Of a stretch of 35,004 nucleotides of DNA, positions 25,410 to 34,674 are shown piece by piece (the stretch's first letter is position 1; the number at the start of each line of letters is the position of its first letter). The DNA lies in the IMG/VR virus record IMGVR_UViG_3300020044_005297, positions 1-35,004 of that record. The stretch is one strand, 5' to 3'. The position numbers and the translations under genes are program-made. This DNA comes from a virus (Duplodnaviria > Caudoviricetes). A model generated the notes under the pieces. That model saw nothing but the letters and a program-made list of their open reading frames with translations, made no database searches and was not told the DNA's origin.

Positions 25410-26309
25410 ATGGCAACTACAGCGGGTGAATTCATCACCAAATTGGCTCAAATGGCGGGACTATCTACATCAGATCCTGACATCGTTAGCATCCTTTCAA
25501 ATTCGGAATTCTCTAATTACAAGATTCCCGAATCAGTGACCAGTCGTATCAATGGTTCTATGTTAACTCCTGACTCAGCTCGTAATAATGAGGCTCTACG
25601 CCGTCATTATCACGCTGAAATCCTTAATGGATTGGATAACAACATCGAGACAGTTATTGAACGATTTGGTATCGATGGAGACATCGCAGATTCAGTTCGT
25701 AATGAGAAGAAGACTACCGAAAAGTACAATCGTCTAATAGAGCGATTGAATGACCTACACGCTAAGAAAGCGGCATCTACAACACGTTCAGACAAGCAAG
25801 AGCTTGAAAACGAAATCGGGAAACTAAACAATCAAGTCCGTGACTTGAATGAGAAGCTGAAAACAGCTCCGACAGAACGTGATTCTTTTTGGACTGAAAA
25901 GCTAAAGACTAAAGCTATTCAGAATATGCTGACCTCTTACAACTATGCAGGTGAAAAAGACATTCCAAAGGATGTACTTATCGAAACTGCTTCTGTTCTG
26001 CTTAATCGTAAGCTAAACGAGAATAAGATTCGCCTTGAGTACAATTCTGACCAAGATAATATCAGTCTGAAGACTGAATCAGGTATGGACTTCTATAAGG
26101 ATAATTCGCCCGTGTCCTTCAAATCCTTCGCCGATTCAGTACTTGCAGAATCTAAGCTATTAAGCATACCGGGTGCTAATAATGCACCAACTCAACAAGC
26201 CGCCTCACAACACCCATTGCCTACCCCAACTATTATTCAGGGCAGTGGAAAAAGTCAGGATATGTCAAGATACTTAGCGGCACTTGATGAAATTTCATCC
26301 GGACGATAA
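25410..26309 (+). CDS. capsid scaffolding protein
   Basis: Charged coiled coil with a Pro/Gln linker and short C-terminal helix; directly upstream of the MCP. Confidence 0.7.
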   Translation: MATTAGEFITKLAQMAGLSTSDPDIVSILSNSEFSNYKIPESVTSRINGSMLTPDSARNNEALRRHYHAEILNGLDNNIETVIERFGIDGDIADSVRNEKKTTEKYNRLIERLNDLHAKKAASTTRSDKQELENEIGKLNNQVRDLNEKLKTAPTERDSFWTEKLKTKAIQNMLTSYNYAGEKDIPKDVLIETASVLLNRKLNENKIRLEYNSDQDNISLKTESGMDFYKDNSPVSFKSFADSVLAESKLLSIPGANNAPTQQAASQHPLPTPTIIQGSGKSQDMSRYLAALDEISSGR

Positions 26310-26323
26310 TAAAATAGATAATA

Positions 26324-27439
26324 ATGGCTAACGGACTTGCCCCATATTTATTAAACGACCTTAAGACACTGGTCGGTCAGGCTTACCCTGCCCACGGAGT
26401 TGATCTTAAAGGTTTTCTTGGAATGCTGACCTCAGGACCAGGCGCAAACCCAATCCAAACCAACCAACTTAGCGGACACAAACGTGAAGTTCGTTTTTGG
26501 TATCGTAATCGTAACACGAAGCCTCAAACAGATACTTCTGCATCTTGTGACCAAGTGTTGACTCCTGCTCGTAAAGAGTATACCGTATCAGTAAGCAATA
26601 CTCGCCAAATCGCTTGGCACTTGCCTGATGAACTGGTAGCTTCTTACATGGATGAAGCTTCTCAGCGTGTATCTATCCCCGGTGGACCTATCGGCGGTGC
26701 TTCTGCTGAACTGTTTGACATCATTATGAGTGGTGCTAACGGTATTCTCAAAGGTGTTAACGATGACCTGATGGGTCTTATCACTTGGGGTAAAAACAAA
26801 GTAACGGGTAACAACTCGGCTACTACTTTGAATATGTCTCGTGATGCGGCTATCCAAAAGCTTACCACAGGTATGCCTCAGTTATTGAGCGAGTACAAAA
26901 AGAACAATCTTGCCGGTATGCCTAATATCGTAGGTGCTGGTTTGTTCTACTCTTGGTACTTAGCCAATGCTTACCGTGGTCAAGATCAAAGCGGTTTCCA
27001 ACCTGCTACCGCAGCCGGTATGTTCAACTTCTTCGCTGATCAGGATTTCGCTGATTCAGTAGGAGCTGATAACATCGGTGTGTTCGAGCCGGGTGCTATT
27101 CAGTTGGTTGAATATTTGGAATACACAGGATTTAAGGCAGGTGTTAAACCTGGTGCTTCTGAGTTCGGTGTTATCGCTCTTCCTGCTATGGCTTCTGACG
27201 GTACTATGTTACCTGTGAAATTCGATTGGCAGTTGAAGTACATCGACTGTCCTACGACTTTGACGGATGCTTACAGCGGTTCTTCTTCTACCTATCAAAA
27301 AGGTTGGAGCTTCATCATGAAGAAAGACTTCGGTCTGTTCCAACTTCCTTCTGATAGCTATCGTCAGGAAGATCCTAACTACGCTGTTAACGGTGCTTTA
27401 CGTTACAATGTGACCAATACTTGTGACACTTGTTCCTAA
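26324..27439 (+). CDS. major capsid protein
   Basis: 371 aa after the scaffold; codon usage typical of high expression (ggt, gct, cgt, ttc); ends in TCDTCS. Confidence 0.8.
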   Translation: MANGLAPYLLNDLKTLVGQAYPAHGVDLKGFLGMLTSGPGANPIQTNQLSGHKREVRFWYRNRNTKPQTDTSASCDQVLTPARKEYTVSVSNTRQIAWHLPDELVASYMDEASQRVSIPGGPIGGASAELFDIIMSGANGILKGVNDDLMGLITWGKNKVTGNNSATTLNMSRDAAIQKLTTGMPQLLSEYKKNNLAGMPNIVGAGLFYSWYLANAYRGQDQSGFQPATAAGMFNFFADQDFADSVGADNIGVFEPGAIQLVEYLEYTGFKAGVKPGASEFGVIALPAMASDGTMLPVKFDWQLKYIDCPTTLTDAYSGSSSTYQKGWSFIMKKDFGLFQLPSDSYRQEDPNYAVNGALRYNVTNTCDTCS

Positions 27440-27462
27440 TAGTTAATCGCTAACCAAAAACG

Positions 27463-28401
27463 ATGAATTGTCTAACGGACTATATCGGACTTTCCGGATG
27501 TGGGGCTTCAAGCCCTGCATCCGGTTTGTTTATTAACTCCCTTCCGGGTATAAGCTTGAAGTCGGTTGAACAACTGGCAGATGCTGAACAAAAGACTTAT
27601 ATCGGAGTATGGAACGATGTTCAACTCCGATCAACCAAACGACTTGAAATGATGCTCAACGCTGAGTTGAGTAAACAGCACAAAGTCAAGACAGGACTGG
27701 TCACATTCTTGACCAAGGCAGATGAACAGTTTACCAATCATGAATCTCTTCAATATGTCGCTTTTAAGATTGAAGCTGACTGTGAAAGCTACCTTCTGAG
27801 TCATTACATTCAATCAATTAAACTCAGGAAATTTGACTCAAATCAGGATACTCTTGTAACCATTACTGACCAATATGGTAACACTTTGTTTACCAATAAC
27901 TATTCATCTGATGGATCTGATGTTCAAACTTTTGAAGTGAATCAGATTTTCTATGAGAAGATTATCTATATTATTTTAAGTAATTCTTTTAACGAGTGGT
28001 TTTTAGATGACTACTCTTCTACATACATTGGATGTGTTCAGATTCAAGGTGGCACATCAGATAACTACGGGATGAGCTTTGTGGAGACATCCAAATCATA
28101 CGGTATAACCATCAACTACGGTCTACGCTGTTCACTGGCTAACCTTATGTGTTATGCTAAGGACCTATTCGCTATGCCACTTTGGTACTTGCTCGGTTCT
28201 GAAATGATGATGGAACGGATGACATCGGAACGGATTAACAAGTGGACCGTTGACCGTAAACAAGCTGAGGAACTTAAAGCTTATTATGATACAGAAGCTG
28301 AGAAGGCTTTAGGTCAAGCTATCGCAGGTACTTCTATTAACGATTGTAACTGTTGTATCCAGTGTGACCCGGTTATAGCTGTTCGGGAGGCTCGTCTATG
28401 A
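27463..28401 (+). CDS. head-tail adaptor-like virion protein (Cys-rich)
   Basis: Follows the MCP; helical termini around a beta insert; 10 Cys. Confidence 0.6.
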   Translation: MNCLTDYIGLSGCGASSPASGLFINSLPGISLKSVEQLADAEQKTYIGVWNDVQLRSTKRLEMMLNAELSKQHKVKTGLVTFLTKADEQFTNHESLQYVAFKIEADCESYLLSHYIQSIKLRKFDSNQDTLVTITDQYGNTLFTNNYSSDGSDVQTFEVNQIFYEKIIYIILSNSFNEWFLDDYSSTYIGCVQIQGGTSDNYGMSFVETSKSYGITINYGLRCSLANLMCYAKDLFAMPLWYLLGSEMMMERMTSERINKWTVDRKQAEELKAYYDTEAEKALGQAIAGTSINDCNCCIQCDPVIAVREARL

Positions 28402-28901
28402 TTAAAGTGACATCCAATCTTAAGGAGGTCACATCCCGTATATTAGGGAGATTACAGGCCATCAATGATCCAAATGGACCAGCCCGTGACAAGATGCTAC
28501 GGGTAATGGCTTTGGACACTGTAGCCGCTATGAAGGAAAGAATTCACGAGAAGGGGTTGAACTCTGAGGAACAATCACTCGGAGACTATACATCCAAATA
28601 CTTGAAGCTTCGGGATAAAGGGAAAGATAAGACAGGAAAGAGATATAACCGAGGATCAAGTTCAAAGGTTATTTTTAGCTTAACCCGATTGATGGAGAAC
28701 GATTTCAATATCGTATCAGGGGGTGGAAGTGGTTATAACCTTGGATTCAAAAATCCATTGAATGCAGATAAGGCTAATTGGTTACAACAGAATCCGAAAT
28801 TCGGTAAAGTTTACAAACCAACAGCAACAGAGGTAGAACACATGAAAGCTGTGGCAGAACAATTTATAACTGACTTACTCAACGGTGAAAATCCTCGATA
28901 A
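28398..28901 (+). CDS. neck / tail completion protein
   Basis: Basic protein; RIHEKG..G..Y..Y..R..VIFSLT motif; position in the neck cluster. Confidence 0.55.
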   Translation: MIKVTSNLKEVTSRILGRLQAINDPNGPARDKMLRVMALDTVAAMKERIHEKGLNSEEQSLGDYTSKYLKLRDKGKDKTGKRYNRGSSSKVIFSLTRLMENDFNIVSGGGSGYNLGFKNPLNADKANWLQQNPKFGKVYKPTATEVEHMKAVAEQFITDLLNGENPR

Positions 28902-29469
28902 AATAGTCACTATCTGTAACGATAATTTGGTAACTACGGTACTAAATGAATCGGCTTTTCAGAACTCTGCCATCTATGGACTATCCTATCAGACAGTTCC
29001 AAGAGATGAAAGTCCTCTGAGACCTTATACATGGATTGGAGACAATACAACAGGAATTGAGATTGATGACACCGTTAATTTCAGTATCTATCACAGATGC
29101 CAAAATATAAACTTTGTCGAAGTTTCCAATTCTTTTGGGGATGGGAACGGGATGATGGGAATGGTCTGTGATATGTACGCTGTAGTTTATGCTGATCGGT
29201 ATAAGACTGGCTATACTCAGGAAGACATCATAATGAAAATATCTGCAGGAATGAATCGTACATTTTCAAAAACTGAATTGGGTACATCAGGACTGCTAAA
29301 AGTAAAAACATCAGTACGCCGGGCGAATAACAACAGTGTACAGGTGTTTGAGGGTGAATATGGTAACGGGGCAAACTGTCCCTTACATTTAAATTCGGTC
29401 TATTTTGGTGTACAATACCAATTAGAAATTACTGCTTCCAGTTCGTGTCTGAACTGTTCTGACTGCTAA
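28885..29469 (+). CDS. tail terminator-like protein
   Basis: Precedes the tail tube gene; ends in CLNCSDC. Confidence 0.5.
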   Translation: MKILDKIVTICNDNLVTTVLNESAFQNSAIYGLSYQTVPRDESPLRPYTWIGDNTTGIEIDDTVNFSIYHRCQNINFVEVSNSFGDGNGMMGMVCDMYAVVYADRYKTGYTQEDIIMKISAGMNRTFSKTELGTSGLLKVKTSVRRANNNSVQVFEGEYGNGANCPLHLNSVYFGVQYQLEITASSSCLNCSDC

Positions 29470-29481
29470 TTATACTACAAA

Positions 29482-30051
29482 ATGTCTATTTACTATCCTT
29501 CCAGTTCATGCGGAGGTGGTTCAATTCCTGATTACTATTGTAATCCTTGTCTTGACTCCTCCGTTATCGAATATGGTCGTGTTCGTTCAATCGCACTGAT
29601 TAAGAACACATATATTGATACAGTTCTTGCTAATCCTACCTCATCATCGGTATGGTCTACGGGTGTTAATAATGCTAATATTATCGTTATTTATCAGACC
29701 CAAGGTTCTTACGATGGCGGTTCTACAGCTGAATTGACTGGCTTTGGTGACTCTATTTCCTACAATGGTAACACGTCTCATACCCTTGTTTATAAAGATC
29801 CATTTGCTGCTGATAACTGTGACTTCTACAACGCTATCCGTCACTCTACGGACTACACCATCGCTTTCCGTACCTCTTCAAAAGTATGGTTCGCTGAGAC
29901 TCCAGTAACATTCTCTCCTAAGAATGTCGTGGCTGATGATATCAATTCTGCTATGAACTGGGAAGTTACCTGCAAATGGACTAACTCTGAAAGTCCGTGC
30001 GGTTACACAACCCCAACAGGTATCTTTGATACTTGTTATATCCATAGTTAA
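29482..30051 (+). CDS. major tail (tube) protein
   Basis: 189-aa beta-rich protein with high-expression codons, followed by a strong terminator. Confidence 0.7.
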   Translation: MSIYYPSSSCGGGSIPDYYCNPCLDSSVIEYGRVRSIALIKNTYIDTVLANPTSSSVWSTGVNNANIIVIYQTQGSYDGGSTAELTGFGDSISYNGNTSHTLVYKDPFAADNCDFYNAIRHSTDYTIAFRTSSKVWFAETPVTFSPKNVVADDINSAMNWEVTCKWTNSESPCGYTTPTGIFDTCYIHS

Positions 30052-30056
30052 TTACT

Positions 30057-30086
30057 AACAGCGGACCCGTAAGTCCGCTGTTTTTC
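30057..30086 (+). terminator. Rho-independent terminator
   Basis: AACAGCGGAC-CCGTAA-GTCCGCTGTT perfect 10-bp stem plus T run. Confidence 0.9.
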
Positions 30087-30108
30087 TTACCTTTAAGAAA
30101 CTAAAGAA

Positions 30109-30510
30109 ATGTCCTCTACTTGGATTGTTACACCTCCTGAGAATGCTAAAGAAGTCGTGGAAAGGTATATAAATGACCCTACTCACGGACTTACGATCTA
30201 TTCGGGTGCTACATTGTCCTATGATCCTGATTGTGAGGTCTACTTAGATTATAATGTATTCATGGGTGCTTTTACTTTTAACCCTTTAGTTATCTACTTT
30301 GGTTTTCTTTCGTGTGGTGGACCAGTTGGAAGCGAAGAAAACGCTTTGAGACTTTCTATCGATGATGGATCTAATGATTTCACAACATTCGATGCCGGAG
30401 TAGCTCCTGTAAGTCAGTGTACCGTTCCGTTGATTTGGAATAATGGTATTACTCCTTCAACCAATATGGCCTCATTTATCGGGTATAAGTTTAACGTAAT
30501 TCTTCCGTAA
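30109..30510 (+). CDS. virion protein, MSSTW paralog 1 (domain only)
   Basis: MSSTW..P..NAK..INDP..G..EV.L..IYFG..TFDA..WN..FIGYKF. Confidence 0.7.
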   Translation: MSSTWIVTPPENAKEVVERYINDPTHGLTIYSGATLSYDPDCEVYLDYNVFMGAFTFNPLVIYFGFLSCGGPVGSEENALRLSIDDGSNDFTTFDAGVAPVSQCTVPLIWNNGITPSTNMASFIGYKFNVILP

Positions 30511-30515
30511 GCTAT

Positions 30516-30995
30516 ATGTCATCTACTTGGTGTGATATCCCCGTTAATGATGCTAAGAATATAGCCCAAAGCTTTATAAATAATCCTATTCATGGTATTA
30601 CTGGCTACAGTGATTATCTCGTAGATTATGATGAACAAACCGAAGTTCTTCTATCGTACCAAGATATCATTGATTTTCAGTATGATAGGAATTATATATA
30701 TGCCGGAATAATCTATTTGGCTAACAAATCGAATAGTATTTTCGAGGATCAGCTTCAACTAAATGTGTCCGATAGTGTTAACTTTTGGACTACTTTCGAT
30801 GCCTCAGCTTATTATCAAGGTTCATCTAAACGGTTTGTCGTTTGGAATGATATTGCCATATTACCCAGTACTCAGGTATTCTTTATGGGATACAAATTCA
30901 CCTTAGTCGATAATCCTAACATACCAAATGTGAGGATATTGACCGAAGATGGTGACTTCTTAATGACAGAAAACGGATTCAATCTTATTACATAA
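30516..30995 (+). CDS. virion protein, MSSTW paralog 2 with C-terminal LTEDG peptide
   Basis: Same domain plus ILTEDGDFLMTENGFNLIT. Confidence 0.7.
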   Translation: MSSTWCDIPVNDAKNIAQSFINNPIHGITGYSDYLVDYDEQTEVLLSYQDIIDFQYDRNYIYAGIIYLANKSNSIFEDQLQLNVSDSVNFWTTFDASAYYQGSSKRFVVWNDIAILPSTQVFFMGYKFTLVDNPNIPNVRILTEDGDFLMTENGFNLIT

Positions 30996-32467
30996 TGGCA
31001 GACAAAAAGATATCCCAATTACCACAGGGGTCGATCATCAACGATAACGATGAGATGGTAATGGTACAGGCTAACAATACCAAGCGTTTCAACGCTTCAT
31101 TACTTAAGACATTTATTGGGTCCATTGCTAAGGGTAATCTTACCGAAAGTACATCATCGGTATTGACTATTGGTAACGGTACGAATGCTGTTATCGGTAC
31201 AGGTACTACCATTCAGGTAAAACAGGCTTCAGCTCTTCAAGATGGATTTATATCGTCATCCGATTATACGTCTTTCAGTTCCAAGGAACCGGCTCTTACC
31301 AAAGGTAGCTTGACGGAGTCCACATCGGGTGTACTAACCATTACAGGTGGAACTTCTGCTGTAATTGGATCAGGAACAACTATACAAGTTAAACAAGCCT
31401 CTGCTTCACAGAACGGATATTTATCATCAACTAATTGGAGTACCTTCAACGGGAAACAAGATAGTATAACGGGTGGGGCTACTACTATTACAACAAGTAA
31501 CCTAACAGCTTTAAGAGCTGTGGCCAGTGATGCAAGTGGTAAAGTAGCTGTTAGTGCAACCACATCCACTGAACTTGGTTACGTTAGTGGTGTGACCAGT
31601 GCCATTCAGACTCAACTAAATGCTAAACAGGGTAGCTTAACACTAACCACTACTGGAACAAGTGGAGCGGCTACTTTGGTAGGAAGTACTTTGAATATCC
31701 CTCAGTACAGTGGTGGTGGATCTTATACCTTCTCTACTGGATTAACCAATACATCAGGAACGGTTACAAGTAACCTATCAGTAGGTGTATCAGGTGGTCA
31801 ATCAGTTATCGGTGGTACGGCGGCGAGTAACTCGCTGACTCTATCATCTACATCCAATGCTACTAAGGGAAAGATACTATTTGGTACATCAGCCTATGAT
31901 GAAGTAAATAATCGTTTGGGAATTGGAACGGCAAGTCCAAGTTATGCATTTGATGTTGTAGGAACTGGAACTGGAAATGGTCAATCTTTAGTTAGGTTTA
32001 CTAATCCGACAAATTTTAATTTAAATCTTGCATTAAATTCAACTGGAACAACTGGTAATACTAATTTTGGATTTACAGTAAATGATGTTACACAAGGTGC
32101 TGTAGGATGGGATAGAACAGATAATAGTATTCAATTTTGGAACGCAATAGCTAATGCAAGTTATGTTGGAATGAAATTAAGAAGTGATGGTAATACATCA
32201 TTTTTTAGGGTTTCAGATGGCAGTGAAAATGTTAGATTTGTCAGCAGTACTGGTAATGTATTGATAGGCACAACTACAGATGCAGGATTCAAATTAAATG
32301 TAAATGGAACAGTTAGAAGTACTCAATTCTATCTATCCGCTTTAAATACTGCTCCTGCTACAGCTTCTTCAACTGGTACACTTGGTGAGATACGAATAGA
32401 TGCAAGTTATATCTATGTATGCACTGCAACAAACACTTGGAAACGGTCACAAATTGCAACTTGGTAA
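30995..32467 (+). CDS. fibre protein
   Basis: MADKKISQLP start, Gly/Ser/Thr-rich repeats, LGIGT/VLIGT repeats, YIYVCTATNTWKR C-terminus. Confidence 0.85.
   Translation: MADKKISQLPQGSIINDNDEMVMVQANNTKRFNASLLKTFIGSIAKGNLTESTSSVLTIGNGTNAVIGTGTTIQVKQASALQDGFISSSDYTSFSSKEPALTKGSLTESTSGVLTITGGTSAVIGSGTTIQVKQASASQNGYLSSTNWSTFNGKQDSITGGATTITTSNLTALRAVASDASGKVAVSATTSTELGYVSGVTSAIQTQLNAKQGSLTLTTTGTSGAATLVGSTLNIPQYSGGGSYTFSTGLTNTSGTVTSNLSVGVSGGQSVIGGTAASNSLTLSSTSNATKGKILFGTSAYDEVNNRLGIGTASPSYAFDVVGTGTGNGQSLVRFTNPTNFNLNLALNSTGTTGNTNFGFTVNDVTQGAVGWDRTDNSIQFWNAIANASYVGMKLRSDGNTSFFRVSDGSENVRFVSSTGNVLIGTTTDAGFKLNVNGTVRSTQFYLSALNTAPATASSTGTLGEIRIDASYIYVCTATNTWKRSQIATW
31130..31471 (+). repeat. two tandem 57-aa repeats in the fibre
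   Basis: KGNLTESTSSVLTI..GTTIQVKQAS and KGSLTESTSGVLTI..GTTIQVKQAS, 171 nt apart. Confidence 0.85.
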
Positions 32468-32479
32468 ACTATAATAAAT

Positions 32480-32743
32480 ATGCTAACATTATTAGAAACA
32501 TTCACAGTTCCAACTAAAGGAACAGCCTACGCCATAGATATTAAACTCATAGGATACGAGCTGAAATCTTCGTCAGCTTCATTCTATTGGGTTATAGTTT
32601 CAGATGACAACAAAAATATCCTTGATGGTAATCTAACTATCAATAGTCCTGAGCTTGACCTATGGGGTACAGATGATGAATATATCATCGATTGGGTTCT
32701 TCTTCAATTAGATTTGCGTAAATTGGGCAACAGAAGACGCTAA
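32480..32743 (+). CDS. putative fibre assembly chaperone
   Basis: FYW..DGNLTI..WGTDDEYIIDWV pattern; directly after the fibre gene. Confidence 0.6.
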   Translation: MLTLLETFTVPTKGTAYAIDIKLIGYELKSSSASFYWVIVSDDNKNILDGNLTINSPELDLWGTDDEYIIDWVLLQLDLRKLGNRRR

Positions 32744-32747
32744 AATT

Positions 32748-32876
32748 ATGACAGTAGAACAAGCTATCGAAAATATCACAGCTGTATTGGAGCAGTTTCG
32801 TGGTACTAAACAGGAACATATTATCCTTGAACAAAGTCTACAAACTTTGAAGGATGAACTTTCTAAGGATAAGTAA
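32748..32876 (+). CDS. small helical protein (42 aa, not in the ORF track)
   Basis: MTVEQAIENITAVLEQFRGTKQEHIILEQSLQTLKDELSKDK; TAATG-coupled to the next gene. Confidence 0.6.
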   Translation: MTVEQAIENITAVLEQFRGTKQEHIILEQSLQTLKDELSKDK

Positions 32877-33754
32877 TGTCCAGTACTTGGATTGAAACAC
32901 CCATAGAGAACGCCAAAGAGGTAGTTCAACGGATCATCGATGATCCGTCTAAAGGATTTAATGACTTTACCGATAAGCTCGTAGCTTACGGTGAAGACTC
33001 TGAAGTGTTTCTCAATTCCAATGATATTAGCTACATACCTAATAATCCATCCAAGATATACTTTGGTAACTTATACACTACTACGGTTGATAGTCAAGGT
33101 ATTCTTTATATTACTTCAGACCTTTCAGATTCTTACATTACCTACGATTCAGCCGGATATCCATCTCCCGTAGGTATAGTTCCTGTTATGTTTAATAATA
33201 TCGCTGATCCTCCTACTGGTAACAGTTACTTTATTGGTTACGGCTTTAATCTTGTGAAAGTGTCAAGTACACAAGTTCGTATCAGAATGCAGGTAGGAGG
33301 TACTGGAACAGTCTTTGGATTTGAATTGGATACATTAGCTTCTTCAATAACCGTTGATTGGGGTGATGGCAATGTGGAAGTTATATCTACTCCCGGTAAT
33401 ATTTGGAAGATATTAGCTCAACATAACTATCCCTCCAGTAATGGGGTTACTTATGATGTAACCATATATTGTGAGAGTCCGATTAATATCTTTTGGGTAG
33501 CTTCATTTATTGGAACCGACAGACCAATAAGCTACATAGAAACATCCGATATCAGATATATCAATAACTTATGGTTGGAAGGTACTTTTAACCAAGATGA
33601 TATTAACGATATTTTAGTAGATTTGGATACCTATGCCAGTGTTCCTGGTCAGGTAATTACTTCCGTAAATACTCCTGTTATGCCTCCAACTGGGAGAGGT
33701 ATAATAGCTAAACAATCACTAATAAATAAGGGGTGGACCGTAACCACAGACTAA
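32876..33754 (+). CDS. virion protein, MSSTW paralog 3 with C-terminal PKD-like domain
   Basis: Same N-terminal domain, then ITVDWGDG..HNY..YDVTI and QDDINDILVDL..L..KGWTV. Confidence 0.7.
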   Translation: MSSTWIETPIENAKEVVQRIIDDPSKGFNDFTDKLVAYGEDSEVFLNSNDISYIPNNPSKIYFGNLYTTTVDSQGILYITSDLSDSYITYDSAGYPSPVGIVPVMFNNIADPPTGNSYFIGYGFNLVKVSSTQVRIRMQVGGTGTVFGFELDTLASSITVDWGDGNVEVISTPGNIWKILAQHNYPSSNGVTYDVTIYCESPINIFWVASFIGTDRPISYIETSDIRYINNLWLEGTFNQDDINDILVDLDTYASVPGQVITSVNTPVMPPTGRGIIAKQSLINKGWTVTTD

Positions 33755-33755
33755 T

Positions 33756-33926
33756 ATGAAAAAACTATCTATATTTTTAGCGTTATCTATTTTCGCTTGT
33801 ACTACTCCTGAAACTACATCCACAGAAGTCACGGATACTACCTGTGTTGATTCTTCAGTAGTTGTTATTGATACTATCGTAGCTGATACCTTAATAGCCG
33901 ATACAAATGAAATCGTGGTACAATAA
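33756..33926 (+). CDS. small lipoprotein with D-S/T motifs (56 aa, not in the ORF track)
   Basis: MKKLSIFLALSIFA-C signal and lipobox; DTT, DSS, DTI, DTL, DTN. Confidence 0.75.
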   Translation: MKKLSIFLALSIFACTTPETTSTEVTDTTCVDSSVVVIDTIVADTLIADTNEIVVQ

Positions 33927-34674
33927 TACCCTGGATGATACACTGGCTTCGTCAGTGACCAATACCAAGGCGGACGTTGATTGGATGAACGCTAACCGTT
34001 TCAGCCCAACCGACACCCAGTATGGGTCACTTTACATCGCTCAGTCGTTAGTCAATAACTCCAACTTTCCCAGTATTGTTTCTTATGCCTATTCCAAGAA
34101 CATAAAGCTTGGAATGGCTTACTCAACTACGGGAGAGGTGGACACACTCTTGGCTTATAACGCCAAACAGACATCCATCGATAAGAAGCTATACTACGCT
34201 GTTACAGAGATTGAACCCTATAATACGGGAGACTATTCCGGCATGACGGCTAAGATGCAGTACGCTTATCCGAAGCTTAAAGCAGCAGGAATTAAACACG
34301 TCGTTTATATGGGATGGCCAGTGGACACTTATTGGAGTACCATTGTGGCTAATTGTGACGAAATTAACCTTCATTGCTATCGGACGAGTGCTGATATGAC
34401 TCCTTCGAGTATTTGGAACTATGTCTCCAAGAGATTAGCTCTTATAGCTGATGCCTGTAAGGCGCAGAATAAGTTAATGAAAGTCAACATATTATATTCA
34501 TGTGAACCGGCTTTCGCTTACACGTTCTTCCAAACACACGCTTGGGGAGATGCTCATTCGATGTTTTTGTCCCAATACGCAACTAAAGCGACAGTTAATA
34601 TGAAATCCTTTCTTAATGTTATGGATTTCAGTATCTTCGTTTCAAAATATGGCAAACAGATTAAGCCGTTATGA
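33907..34674 (+). CDS. glycoside-hydrolase-like TIM-barrel protein
   Basis: Alternating beta/alpha pattern with TEIEPY, CDEINLHCY and YSCEP motifs. Confidence 0.45.
   Translation: MKSWYNNTLDDTLASSVTNTKADVDWMNANRFSPTDTQYGSLYIAQSLVNNSNFPSIVSYAYSKNIKLGMAYSTTGEVDTLLAYNAKQTSIDKKLYYAVTEIEPYNTGDYSGMTAKMQYAYPKLKAAGIKHVVYMGWPVDTYWSTIVANCDEINLHCYRTSADMTPSSIWNYVSKRLALIADACKAQNKLMKVNILYSCEPAFAYTFFQTHAWGDAHSMFLSQYATKATVNMKSFLNVMDFSIFVSKYGKQIKPL

Noticed and set aside
30109-33754. Diversity-generating retroelement or invertible fibre switch explaining the repeated domains
   Set aside because: No reverse transcriptase, no near-identical TR/VR pair differing at adenines, and no invertase or inverted cassette were seen.
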